In this document: positions 47,399-58,400 of the stretch, one piece after another | How the letters are laid out: each line of letters starts with the position of its first letter | Numbering within the stretch: the stretch's first letter is position 1 | Origin: an uncultured Bacilli bacterium | GTDB taxonomy: Bacteria; Bacillota_I; Bacilli_A; RF39; UBA660 | Direction: 5' to 3' | Length of the DNA stretch: 64,000 nucleotides | NCBI GenBank assembly: GCA_947589105.1 | Contig: CANQBL010000004.1 | Coordinates: forward strand, 898 to 64,897 | Translations under genes and position numbers: made by a program | The notes under the pieces: model-generated | Told to the model about the DNA's origin: nothing | The model's database searches: none | Seen by the model: only the letters and a program-made list of their open reading frames with translations

Positions 47399-47873
47399 AA
47401 TATCTCTCCTTAATTTTATTTCTAGCACTATATAAATAATACTTTATGTTTGATTGTGTAGAATTTAATTTCTCACTAATCTCTTTTATTGAAAGGTCAT
47501 TACAATAATACATTTTAAATGATAGTTCCTCTTTTTGAGTTAATCCTATATTACCTAAATTATTTACTATTTCTTTATATATAATTTTATCTAGCACATT
47601 TGTTTCATATTTAACCTGATACTCTTCATTAAGATTGATATTATTTTTTTCTTTAATATATTCTTTTGCTTTGGTGCACCATAAATTATAAGCAATTTTC
47701 CATATTAAATTTTCAATTTTTTCAACCTTAATATTTTTATTTAAGTACTCAAATATAGAAAGAAAAACGCTATTTGTTAAATCTTCGGCATCTTCTTTGT
47801 TATTTGTTTTATTTAATGCCCAATTATATATTTTATAGTAATATTTATCATATATTTCATCCATTTTATTCAC
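47391..47873 (-). CDS. ECF-type RNA polymerase sigma-70 family factor
   Basis: Region 2-like DAEDLTNSVFLSIFEY and region 4 LTQKEELSFKMYYCNDLSIKEISEKLNSTQSNIKYYLYSARNKI. Confidence 0.75.
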   Translation of the reverse strand: MNKMDEIYDKYYYKIYNWALNKTNNKEDAEDLTNSVFLSIFEYLNKNIKVEKIENLIWKIAYNLWCTKAKEYIKEKNNINLNEEYQVKYETNVLDKIIYKEIVNNLGNIGLTQKEELSFKMYYCNDLSIKEISEKLNSTQSNIKYYLYSARNKIKERYYE

Positions 47874-47919
47874 CTTTCACTATTATAGTGTTTTTTTATT
47901 AAGATTGGTTAGTAAAAAT

Positions 47920-48747
47920 TTAATTAAATATTACTTTCCCATCCAAGTTACAAATATAGCAATTAGGAAATAATGTTTTTATTTTTCTTAAAATTTTATT
48001 ATCCTTTTCATATTTTCTTCCAACTAATATACCTTCAATAAAGCAAGCTGGTAACAAAAAAACAATTGCACTTTCCCTATCAGTAAAAAAGGCATCTTTT
48101 TCTTTCCTGTCCTTTAAAAATCTTTCATAAAACCATTCATTAATAAAGGGTTTAACATCTTCATCACTTATAGTAGTATTTAAAATATCTCCTTTTAATA
48201 ATTCCTTAACATAATAATTATTTCCATTAAATATAATTCCTATTTGGACATTTTCCTGTTGATAACTAGGCATAAATCTAGCTTCTTTAGTTTGTTCCAT
48301 AGTCCAAATAAAATAATCATTTCTAGTTACAATACTCATAATATCAGACATTTTGCTATATGGAATCACAGAAGTGTCTTTCAAACCCTCACCTTTAAAC
48401 ATAATAGTTGCACCACTATAAAAGTCTATATAATCCTTTAACAAATAATCTTTCTGTAAATTCCAAACTCCTACCGTATAAGGATATTTAGAGTTTCTTC
48501 CATTAACAACTAAATCACACATTAGCCCTACTTTAGCTATTTTTTCTAATCCTTCGATATTCTTATAAGTTCCATGAAGTAACGTACCTTTTTTTAATCG
48601 TACTAAATCTCCCACTTTGTAATCATTACTTTCTATCTTATAATTATTTATAGAATTATAAAATCTATCTATTTGTTTTAATAATAATTTTCTTGCGTTA
48701 TTTTTTATATTTTTATTTACTAATTTAACGTATTGTTCTTTATCCAT
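47920..48747 (-). CDS. Hypothetical protein
   Basis: ATG 48747 lies 1 nt after the upstream stop, behind a GAGGAG RBS. No recognisable motif. Confidence 0.6.
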   Translation of the reverse strand: MDKEQYVKLVNKNIKNNARKLLLKQIDRFYNSINNYKIESNDYKVGDLVRLKKGTLLHGTYKNIEGLEKIAKVGLMCDLVVNGRNSKYPYTVGVWNLQKDYLLKDYIDFYSGATIMFKGEGLKDTSVIPYSKMSDIMSIVTRNDYFIWTMEQTKEARFMPSYQQENVQIGIIFNGNNYYVKELLKGDILNTTISDEDVKPFINEWFYERFLKDRKEKDAFFTDRESAIVFLLPACFIEGILVGRKYEKDNKILRKIKTLFPNCYICNLDGKVIFN

Positions 48748-48748
48748 A

Positions 48749-49378
48749 TTACTCCTCATAGTTAACCTTTATATTTTCTATATTGATTAATTCTTTATTT
48801 TCAAATTTAAATAATTCAGGTGCAAAAAACGCATCTTCAAAAATAATTTTATTATTAAAAGTTAATTTTAAAATAGATTTACTTAATTTTGTTTCACACC
48901 AAGTCATAAAAAGAAACAACATAGCTGTTCCATGAGATATTATAGCTATTTTTTTACCCTTATATTGATCTATAATACAACTTAAAGCATATAACATCCT
49001 TTTTGCTACTTCTTTTCTTGACTCCCCGTTTGGCAATTTATAATTTTCATCTTTAAACTGCTTATCTTCAAAGTTTAAAGGCAATTCATCCCATGAACGA
49101 ATTCCAGATTTTCTTTCTCCAAAATCATCCATAACAATTAACTTTTTATTATTTTTATCAGCTATATATTTTGCAGTTGCCATTGCCCTTACATAATTAC
49201 TTGATATTACTACATCTACATCTTCTAATTCTTTAATTTTGCTTAATATTCTAGCTCTTCTTTCCCCTTCTAAGGATAAAATTTGTTTTTCATTTTGTAT
49301 TTGTAAATTATCTTTACTATTACAAAAATTTAGTTTCATAGGTTCTGAGTGTCTTAACATATAAATCGTTGTCTTCAT
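48749..49378 (-). CDS. Histidine phosphatase (phosphoglycerate mutase) family protein
   Basis: IYMLRHSEP (RHG-type motif) and ISHGT near the C-terminus. Confidence 0.75.
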   Translation of the reverse strand: MKTTIYMLRHSEPMKLNFCNSKDNLQIQNEKQILSLEGERRARILSKIKELEDVDVVISSNYVRAMATAKYIADKNNKKLIVMDDFGERKSGIRSWDELPLNFEDKQFKDENYKLPNGESRKEVAKRMLYALSCIIDQYKGKKIAIISHGTAMLFLFMTWCETKLSKSILKLTFNNKIIFEDAFFAPELFKFENKELINIENIKVNYEE

Positions 49379-49411
49379 ACTTTTCTCCTTATTAACAAAA
49401 ATATAATAATG

Positions 49412-51286
49412 TTACTTTTTCAAATTATTAAACAAATTAACGCCTAATTCATTTTCTAATTGTTCAATTATTTCTGGTCTAGTATCAAGTCGCTTACCAA
49501 CAATATTTCCTAAAAATTTTAACATATTAGCTTTTTTGGTTTCTAAATCCTGTAAATCCACATTATTACCATATTTTCCTTGCTTACATAATTTATATAT
49601 ATTATTCATTTCAATTGCAAATTCAGTAAATTTACCAGACGATATATTATTAAATTTTTCTTCGAAACTTAAGTCATTATTTAAATATTGACTAGCTAAT
49701 TTATCTTCTCCCACCAAAATTTTACATATTCTCATAAAAGTTTTTATTGGAAACATATAGTCCTCTTCTTCGGATAATCTTATTTTAGTAATATCTTCGG
49801 CATACATTTGCGTAGTTGCTTCATCAATACCCTGGTACTCATTTGTTTCATGGCCAAAAAATAGTTGTTTTTTATTTTTAAACTGGCTCAATCCATGGGA
49901 AATTTCATGCATAATTTGACAAACAATTATATTAGCATTGTTAGGATCTTTAAGAAAGTTTTCATCAATATATATTTCGTTACCATTAGCAACTCGCCAA
50001 TTAACTAAGTTAGAACTATGTATCTCTAATAATGGTGCACTATAAACTTTTGTATCCTTTTGCATATTGCTTTCCAAATTTATAACATTAGTTACATTCC
50101 TAAAATATTCCCAAGCTTTTCTCTTTAAATTTTTAACAAGTTCATTATAATTCGGTAAAGAATTCCTACTATTTAATAATTGATTATATTCTGCTTTATA
50201 ATCACGCTCATTAACTTGTTGTAACTGTTTATTTTTATTAGCTTGAATATTAGAATTATATTCATTAATTTCCTTTAAAACATCAAAATTAAAACAAATA
50301 TTATTTGGATCAAAATTATTTTTAATAAGATTATTCTTTATTGTTTTATACACTTCTTGTTTGAAAGTTTTATCAACTTGTGGTATGGCCTTAACCAAAT
50401 GTCCTAATTTTCTTATGTATTCTTTTAAACCATTAATTAATTCGATTTCTGTTTCACCTGATTTAATTTGCGAATTAAAATATTCGCTTAAATAAATATT
50501 TTTACCATTTTCATTTATAGTAAATAAAGGATGTGTTCTTATCCAATTTAATACGCTAATTTCAATTGAATCATACATAATTTTCGACATTAAATTTGTA
50601 TAACTATTTTTTTCTTTTTTTATTTCGTTTGCATAACCTATCCATCCATTTATATTACCGCAAAAAAGATGCGGTTCATTACATTTTTTTATAAGCTCGG
50701 GATGTTCAGTTTCTATTTCTTTAAGTATTGATAGCACATTATCCATATCTTCTGTTGATGAATAAATAACTAAACCATCTTTTTGAGTATTTCCAATAAT
50801 TGTTCCATCACTTACTTTAAAATAGTATGTTATATTTAATTTTTCAAATTTTTCTTTTAACAATATTATAAAATTTGGTATTACAGATGGATCTACACTT
50901 ATATAGAATCTATGACTTATATCACCTTTCTCATACATTTTATTATTTGATAAGTGCCAAGACTGATAAGTTTGCCAACCTAATTGAGTTGAAAATATGG
51001 GGTTAGCCTGAAACCCATCTTCATTAATAAAAGGAGTGTATGTTCCTTTCTGAATGGATGATTTTACTATCTTTTCAGCTAAATCACTTACACTATCGTG
51101 TACACTATTTCCTTTATTTGGGTCATTTTTTAGAAAATTATAAAAAACTTTATATGGCTCTTTAAAAGCTGACCTAATATTATAGTTTTTAGACATATTA
51201 ATAAAATTATTTACAACTCTTGCTACATAATCTTCCGTTAAAGGAACACTGGCCTTTTCATATATGTTTCTACTGTTAACCACCAT
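49412..51286 (-). CDS. Large two-domain protein with a C-terminal HExxH metallopeptidase-like motif
   Basis: IVCQIMHEISHGL. The N-terminal half (HRFYISV...KDGLVIYS) loosely resembles HopA1/LanKC-lyase-type folds. Confidence 0.6.
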   Translation of the reverse strand: MVVNSRNIYEKASVPLTEDYVARVVNNFINMSKNYNIRSAFKEPYKVFYNFLKNDPNKGNSVHDSVSDLAEKIVKSSIQKGTYTPFINEDGFQANPIFSTQLGWQTYQSWHLSNNKMYEKGDISHRFYISVDPSVIPNFIILLKEKFEKLNITYYFKVSDGTIIGNTQKDGLVIYSSTEDMDNVLSILKEIETEHPELIKKCNEPHLFCGNINGWIGYANEIKKEKNSYTNLMSKIMYDSIEISVLNWIRTHPLFTINENGKNIYLSEYFNSQIKSGETEIELINGLKEYIRKLGHLVKAIPQVDKTFKQEVYKTIKNNLIKNNFDPNNICFNFDVLKEINEYNSNIQANKNKQLQQVNERDYKAEYNQLLNSRNSLPNYNELVKNLKRKAWEYFRNVTNVINLESNMQKDTKVYSAPLLEIHSSNLVNWRVANGNEIYIDENFLKDPNNANIIVCQIMHEISHGLSQFKNKKQLFFGHETNEYQGIDEATTQMYAEDITKIRLSEEEDYMFPIKTFMRICKILVGEDKLASQYLNNDLSFEEKFNNISSGKFTEFAIEMNNIYKLCKQGKYGNNVDLQDLETKKANMLKFLGNIVGKRLDTRPEIIEQLENELGVNLFNNLKK

Positions 51287-51531
51287 AAAAATACCTTCTT
51301 TTAATATAATCTTATCATAAATAGCAATTATTATTTATATAAAGTAGTTCTTTAAAACTAAAGTTTACATTAAAATATTCATTTTTTTATAAATGCAATT
51401 ATATTATAATTCCTAAAACAACTTTTATTATTATGTCGAATTTGGTATAATATAGTTGTTTAAAGGGCTAGTATAGACTTTAATAGTTTATGCTGGTTTT
51501 TTCTTATTTTTTTACAGGAGGTAATTAAAGT

Positions 51532-52392
51532 ATGAAGAAACAAAAGGCACCAAAATTATCTTTTTTGATTTTCTTAATTCTTTTATTTTTATTTGTAATA
51601 CCATTAATAATTAATTATTCATTTAAATTAAAGACAAAAATTAACTTTTTTATTATAGAATGGAATGCAGGAGATGCATTAACATTCTATGGAAGTATTA
51701 TTGGTTCCATAATAAGTATATTAGGTGTTTTTTTATCAATTAAATATGCTCAACAAAATTATTTACAAGATACCTTAAATAAAGTGCTACCTTATTTATC
51801 CTTAGAAATTTTAGAAAAAAAACTAATCGATCCATTTTCAGAATCTATATATTCAAAGATTTATAATACTGCAAAATCAGAGTCAGTAAAAAAGCAAGAA
51901 TATAAAGAAATAAAGCTTAAAAAAATGTACTTTATAATTAAAGATGGAATTATAACTGTAAAAGTTGGATTAAATAAAGAACAAATGAAATTAGCTGAAA
52001 GGGGCGGAAATGTATGGATTCCCGGTGAAAAAGGAGAAAAAATACTCACAAATATTCCAACGTTTAATGTGCCTATAAAAATAGAAAATGTGGGAAATGG
52101 AGCTGCCATAAGCATTAGAATAGGATTTAACAAAAAAAATATTACAACAAATGAGAAAAAATATGTAAAACCATTAAATTTAAAAATAGGAGATTCAATA
52201 TACTTGAATTTCTTCTGTACAGATATTAAAAAAAATGATTTGGGGGAATATATTTTAGAATTTATGTATGAGGATATTTATAAAAACAAATATATTCAAT
52301 CATATAATATTTCTATAGAGAAAAACAGCGATGATACTGACAGAAATCAATTTGTTATAGAAATAGAATCAAATCAAAAAAGAATCAATTAA
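51532..52392 (+). CDS. Membrane protein with two N-terminal TM helices and a soluble C-terminal domain
   Basis: 286-aa ORF with an AGGAGG RBS. Confidence 0.55.
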   Translation: MKKQKAPKLSFLIFLILLFLFVIPLIINYSFKLKTKINFFIIEWNAGDALTFYGSIIGSIISILGVFLSIKYAQQNYLQDTLNKVLPYLSLEILEKKLIDPFSESIYSKIYNTAKSESVKKQEYKEIKLKKMYFIIKDGIITVKVGLNKEQMKLAERGGNVWIPGEKGEKILTNIPTFNVPIKIENVGNGAAISIRIGFNKKNITTNEKKYVKPLNLKIGDSIYLNFFCTDIKKNDLGEYILEFMYEDIYKNKYIQSYNISIEKNSDDTDRNQFVIEIESNQKRIN

Positions 52393-52516
52393 TATAACAA
52401 GAATATTTTCAAGAAAATCAAAAGATATTATTAAGAAGATCTTCTGTTTTAAAATTATATTATAAAACAACTAGATAAAATAAATACCCAGTTATCTTAT
52501 TTTAATTATATTACAA

Positions 52517-53734
52517 TCATCCCTTTAATGGTTTAAATACATTACTTATTATCTTTATGAACCAGTCGTTACATAAGTATAGATTAATTACGTAAAACGT
52601 GCTAAAAATTATTAAAAATATAACGCCATCGTTTTTTAGTTCTTTTATTAGTTTTTTCGTTATAATGGTAAACAATATTAATTCCATTAGTAAAAATAAT
52701 ACTACTTGTAATCTTAAAATAGTAAAACTAAATTGTCTTATGTATAAAAACATTCTATAGTATGAATTAAATATTAAAAGAACGGAAAAACAAACTAAGG
52801 ATAAAATAAGTATTTTAACGGTTCTATCTTTATAAACATCCTTTGTTTTATACATTAAATAAGCTATTACAAAATAATTAATTAACGTTACAAATAAAAG
52901 CTGGAAAAAGCCTTCTCTTGCGTAACTTGAATAAATATAACCCTTAGGTATTTTTAAGAAATTGCCACATAATTTTGATATCTCTGAAATTAGAAATAAC
53001 AAAAATACAAAATTAATAACTGATAATACCGTAATTACTATAGTTTTATCAACTATCTTATATTTTTCTTCGTTCATTTTTATATTCTTAGCCTTAATGC
53101 TGTTAATAGATATACTAAAAAGAACAATAAATGATACGATTAAAAGAATTATACTACTTATATCTATGTCATATATAAATATTATCTTACTTAAAAAAGC
53201 ATCAAAATAATCATCCGCACTTACAAGTAAAAGAAGTATAACACTAGATACAACAATTCCTATTATTAATCCTAAAATAACGTTTATTATTTTATTATTT
53301 TTTTCTTTAGTAATATTAGGTTTTAATAGTTTTATATTTTTAAATAAATTATTTGGAAATAATTTAAATAATAAAGGAAAGTTATTAAGTGATATCTTAT
53401 AATTTTTATTTACTAATAAAAAGAAGAATGTAAAAATAAGAATTGGAAGCAAAAATACGTTTATTATTTTATTAGATATATCTATTTTTATTATTACATC
53501 ACTTATTAATGTTAAAATTATTGGAATTAGCATAAAATATGCTTTTTTATTTATTTGTTTATTATATTGTAGGATTACCGTAATACTAATAAGAAGTAAT
53601 CCAAAAGGAATAATAATATTTTTTAAATACCAATCGATGTTAAGGTTATGAAATATTACTATTAATATTGCTGCTAATAAACATATTAACGTATTCTTTT
53701 TATCTATTTTAAAATTATCTATCATCATTATCAC
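52517..53734 (-). CDS. Polytopic membrane protein (DUF4153/DUF4173-like)
   Basis: About 10 hydrophobic helices. It overlaps the upstream HTH gene stop. Confidence 0.6.
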   Translation of the reverse strand: MIMMIDNFKIDKKNTLICLLAAILIVIFHNLNIDWYLKNIIIPFGLLLISITVILQYNKQINKKAYFMLIPIILTLISDVIIKIDISNKIINVFLLPILIFTFFFLLVNKNYKISLNNFPLLFKLFPNNLFKNIKLLKPNITKEKNNKIINVILGLIIGIVVSSVILLLLVSADDYFDAFLSKIIFIYDIDISSIILLIVSFIVLFSISINSIKAKNIKMNEEKYKIVDKTIVITVLSVINFVFLLFLISEISKLCGNFLKIPKGYIYSSYAREGFFQLLFVTLINYFVIAYLMYKTKDVYKDRTVKILILSLVCFSVLLIFNSYYRMFLYIRQFSFTILRLQVVLFLLMELILFTIITKKLIKELKNDGVIFLIIFSTFYVINLYLCNDWFIKIISNVFKPLKG

Positions 53735-53930
53735 TCCTATATTCTAATATATCACTAGGCTGACAATCTAGTGCTTTACATATTACTTCTAAAGTTGAGA
53801 ATCTAATTGCTTTTGCTTTGTTAGTTTTTAAAATCGATAAATTAGTTGGAGTTATCCCGGTTTTTTCACTTAATTCGTTTAAAGATATTTTTCTTTTTGC
53901 CATTATAACGTCTAAATTAACTATTATCAT
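53715..53930 (-). CDS. XRE-family (YozG-type) HTH transcriptional regulator
   Basis: KRKISLNELSEKTGITPTNLSILKTNKAKAIRFSTLEVICKALDCQPSDILEY. Confidence 0.8.
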   Translation of the reverse strand: MIIVNLDVIMAKRKISLNELSEKTGITPTNLSILKTNKAKAIRFSTLEVICKALDCQPSDILEYRSDNDDR

Positions 53931-53937
53931 AATTCAC

Positions 53938-54399
53938 CTACACCGTATAATCTACTTCGTTTTTATAATTAATCGCAGCTTTTATAACTTGTGCTAAAAC
54001 ATAAAAACTTAAGGATATTAAAAAGCATAATAAACTAACGGCAAAAGAAAGAAGCGTTGGGATAAAAAAGGATTTTATTATAACTATTAAAAACAATATC
54101 ATAAACATAACGGCCATTACTTTAAGAGAGGATTCTATTTCTTTTCTAAATGGACTTTTTTTATACACGATGTTAAATAGTCTAATTAGGATTACCACAA
54201 CCCCTAAACATATGATATAACAGGTAAAAAATGCTATTTTATATAACAATGGATGATTTTTAAATAAATCAAAGCTTGGATCTTTAAACATATCATACAA
54301 AGTTGGTATAAAAGGTAAACAAATTACTCCTGCTATTAATATAATTATTAATATAATTGATATTATTTTTGATATAAAACTTTTTTTCAAATTCATCAC
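53938..54399 (-). CDS. DUF2975-like membrane protein
   Basis: 4-TM protein directly upstream of a YozG-type HTH, which is the usual DUF2975 arrangement. Confidence 0.55.
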   Translation of the reverse strand: MMNLKKSFISKIISIILIIILIAGVICLPFIPTLYDMFKDPSFDLFKNHPLLYKIAFFTCYIICLGVVVILIRLFNIVYKKSPFRKEIESSLKVMAVMFMILFLIVIIKSFFIPTLLSFAVSLLCFLISLSFYVLAQVIKAAINYKNEVDYTV

Positions 54400-54546
54400 C
54401 TCAATAAAATAATATGATATATTTTATTAAAAGTCAATATATTTTTATCGATTATCATAAAATTATATTTGATTAACGATATATTCTTGATAATATTGAC
54501 TATTAAATTATAATCATTATAATATATGACTACTTAGGAGTGAATT

Positions 54547-55350
54547 ATGGATAGAGTTCTACGATTAACTAAAGATCAGTTTAATAAACTTATATACGAA
54601 GGCAAAGTAATAGGAACCCCATCTAGTACAAGTATTGTTTATGAACTAAAAAACGGATTAATATTAAAAGACTTAAAAGATGAATCAATAAAAGAATACG
54701 TATCTGAAGAAAATATGAATTATTCAGAAGAACAACTTCTAAAATTTTCAAATATAGATAGTAAATTATATTATTTTATAAAAGGGGTAATTTATGTTGA
54801 TAATGAATTAGAAGCTGGAATAATGAAAAAATGTAACGGTCATTTATTAACTATGATTGACCCACTTAGTATAAATATTAATCTTTTTACTAAAGCAATT
54901 GATAGATTTAATAAGGCTACAATAGACATAAGTAAAAAGCATATAAAAGGGTTTGATATGAAGTATAACTTTATGTACGATGGATATAATTTTGGAGCAA
55001 TTGATACTAATGAGTATGACTTTAGTAATTTAAGAGAAGATGAAATATATAAGTCAAATATTGGTTATTTTAACAGTGAAATAGCAGAATTTTTAGTAGA
55101 TTTTTACTTTAAGAAGTTCGTAAATCAAACTAAGGAATTAAATGATATGTATAATTCTTTAATTGGTTTAGAGTTAATAAACGTAAATGAATTTATCATC
55201 TTATTAAGAAAAAAGCTTTCTGAATATTGTGATAAAAAAATAGTATATCTACAAGATGCTAAAATGATAGCAGAAGAGAATGAAAACTTAATATATCCAT
55301 TATGTCCTATTTATAAATTAAATAAAAATAGTAAAAAACAATCATTTTAA
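54547..55350 (+). CDS. Hypothetical protein
   Basis: 267-aa ORF with a TAGGAG RBS. Confidence 0.55.
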   Translation: MDRVLRLTKDQFNKLIYEGKVIGTPSSTSIVYELKNGLILKDLKDESIKEYVSEENMNYSEEQLLKFSNIDSKLYYFIKGVIYVDNELEAGIMKKCNGHLLTMIDPLSININLFTKAIDRFNKATIDISKKHIKGFDMKYNFMYDGYNFGAIDTNEYDFSNLREDEIYKSNIGYFNSEIAEFLVDFYFKKFVNQTKELNDMYNSLIGLELINVNEFIILLRKKLSEYCDKKIVYLQDAKMIAEENENLIYPLCPIYKLNKNSKKQSF

Positions 55351-55403
55351 AAAAGAAGAAAAATTGATAACCTCAATAATTCTTCTTTTTTATATATGAT
55401 ATA

Positions 55404-58400
55404 TTACTCAACGCTTTTTAATGATTCAATCATATCTATTTTCTTTAAAGTATAATGAGTTACTCTGTTTACTATTAAAGTAAACAAAATGATTAATAAA
55501 CTAGTTATTGCAAAGCTATATAACCTTATGTTGCGAATAAACCTTACCATTTCAATTTCTATGGTATCAACGATAACGTTGGTTAAGAATATTCCAAAGA
55601 TTAATCCTAAACATATACCAATTAACGTAAGAATTACCGTTTCTTTGGTAATATATTTATCTACTTCTTTATCCGTAAATCCTAATACCTTAAGGGTTGC
55701 TATTTCTCTTTTTCTTTCACTTATGTTTATGTAAGATAAGTTATATAAAATAACTAGTGATAACGATCCTGATAGAACAATTAATATTAAAACTACGCTA
55801 TTTAATGACTTAAGCATATCATTAATATTATTTATGGTTGAGTTAACTGACATAATACTCATTACGTTCGTATTTTTAAGTAGCTCTTTTGAGAATTTAT
55901 TTTCTTCTTTTATATCATCTAAGCTAACGTATACTATGTTAGTATTATAAGGACCAATCTTTTTTTCATACGTGTTTTTATTCATAAAAACGTAGTTACC
56001 AACGTAATTTTCAGATATTTTAGAAATAACAAATTCATACTTATTATTATCTTGTGATATTAACGTAATTTTATCGTTTACTTTTTTATTGGTTAACTCT
56101 GATAATTTATCAGTTATAATTACTTTATTATCTTCTAAATTAAGTGGTTCTTTGGTTTTTAGATTCTTTAAGTTAACAACTTTCTTTAAATCTTTTTCGT
56201 TTTCAGGAACAAACAAATTAACACTATAACCATCTATGCTCATTGATACATCCATTTTAGTATTAAGTTTTGATATGATGTGATTACTATTAAACATGTT
56301 ATTAATTTCATCTTCTTTTAAATCATTTGCTAAGTATATCATTTCATCAAAATTAAATATTTCACCAAATTGTTTGCCTGGAATTCCAGTAATAGAATCA
56401 CGAATACCAAAGCCCGCTAACATAAGAGAAGTGCATCCTAAAATACCACCTACGGTCATTAACACACGTTTTTTATACCTAAATAAATTTCTTATTGTTA
56501 TCTTATTTGAAAACTTTATTTTATTCCAAATGAATGGTATTTTTTCTAATATTACCCTCTTACCATTAGAAGGAGCCTTTGGTCTCATTAAATCTGATGG
56601 TTTTTCCTTAACTACTTTTCTTATTGTAACAAGGGTTGTACCACATATACAAATAATGGCTATTAATATTCCTACCACCGTATTTAAAGGATTAAAATCA
56701 TAGCTAAACACAGGAACATCAAACAATATTTTATAAATGTTCCAAATAAATAATGGAAGAATAAAAAATCCTAATAAAGAACCTAAAATGCCACCCAATA
56801 AGGTTGCAATTCCAGAGTATAGTAAGTATTTTTTTCTTATGTGCTTATTACTAAAACCTAGTGATTTTAAAGTGCCAATTATCATTCTATCGTCTTCTAC
56901 CATTCTAGACATAGAAATTAAACTTATTAATATTGCAACAACAAAAAATATGGTTGGAAATATCTTAGATAAATTAGAAACACTTTTTCCATCATCAATG
57001 TAACTTGAGTAGTTGCTATCATCTAACCTTTTATATACGTACCAAACTGATTTTGGAATTTCATCTAGTTTTTTCTTAGCTTTTATAATTTCTAAATCAA
57101 ATATTTTTTTACTATTATAGTATTCTTCTACTTTCGAGTTATATAAATTTAAGTTGCTGTTATAACTTCTTAGATTATTGTTATACGTACTTAATCCATT
57201 TTGATACTCGTTATAATAAGTATTATACAAACTATTATTTTTATTATATTCATCTAAAGAAGAATCGTATAAACTAACGTTTTTATTATATTCTTCTTCG
57301 GCATTAATAACGTCATTTATTTTACCTAAAGATTCCGTTACTTTATCTTGGTTTTCCTTATAAAGTTTAAGAAATGTTATTATCCTATCATAATTTGGTA
57401 ACTCTTTTGGAATAAGCATAATTAAAACATCAACATACTTTGGATCTTTTATTATATTATAAGCTAGCTTTTTTAGTTCTTGTTCATCCATTTTATTTAA
57501 CTTATCTACTATCACATCATAATTTGGTAATTCTTTTGGAATCATATCTATTATGGCTTTTTTATCTAAGTTATTTAACATGTTAATTATATTTTTTACG
57601 TCTTCATAATTAATGTTATAATCTTTTAATTCCTCGTTAATAACGTTTTTAGCTTCTTCTATTTTAGCTGAGGCATCACTTAACTCTAACTTATACCCAT
57701 CTAACGTTTTTTTAGCTTGATCTAATTTTTCTTTGTTTAAATTTAACTCTTGTAAAGATGATAATAAATAATTATTAGCATCATCTAATTTTGCTTTAGC
57801 ATCATTGATGGTTATTTTAGCATCATCTAACTCTTTTTTATAAGTGTTAAATTTTTCGTTGGCTTCAGTTTCATTTTTTACTATTTCATCATTTATTTGG
57901 TTATAAATCTCGTCATATCTTCTTTTTTCACTATTTTTCTTTATTCTTTCTATGTTCTTTAATGCGGCATCAACTAATTTATTATATTCTTTTGAATTAG
58001 TAACTTCTTTTTTAGCATTATCTAAACTTATGTATATTTCAGTATAATAACTAATGTTAAAATTATCTTCTAACACGTACGTATAATAATCTATGCTACC
58101 AGAGCCAATATTTGTATTTCCTCGTTTTAAAGAAGAAGTACCCCTACTTATATACAAAGGGCTTTTAACCGTCCCAACGATTGTTAAACTAGTTTTCTTA
58201 AAAGTTTTATCCCCATCTAATAAGTTTATTTTATCCCCTATTTTCATGTTTTCTTTTTTAAGAAAACTCTCTTCTACAACTATTTCACCAGCTTTCTTTG
58301 GCATTCTACCTTTTTTTACTTCAATTTTATTTATATCATTTGTAATACTAATTACTTTTGATACAACCTCATCTTTATTAGTTTTTACTAAAACATCTTT

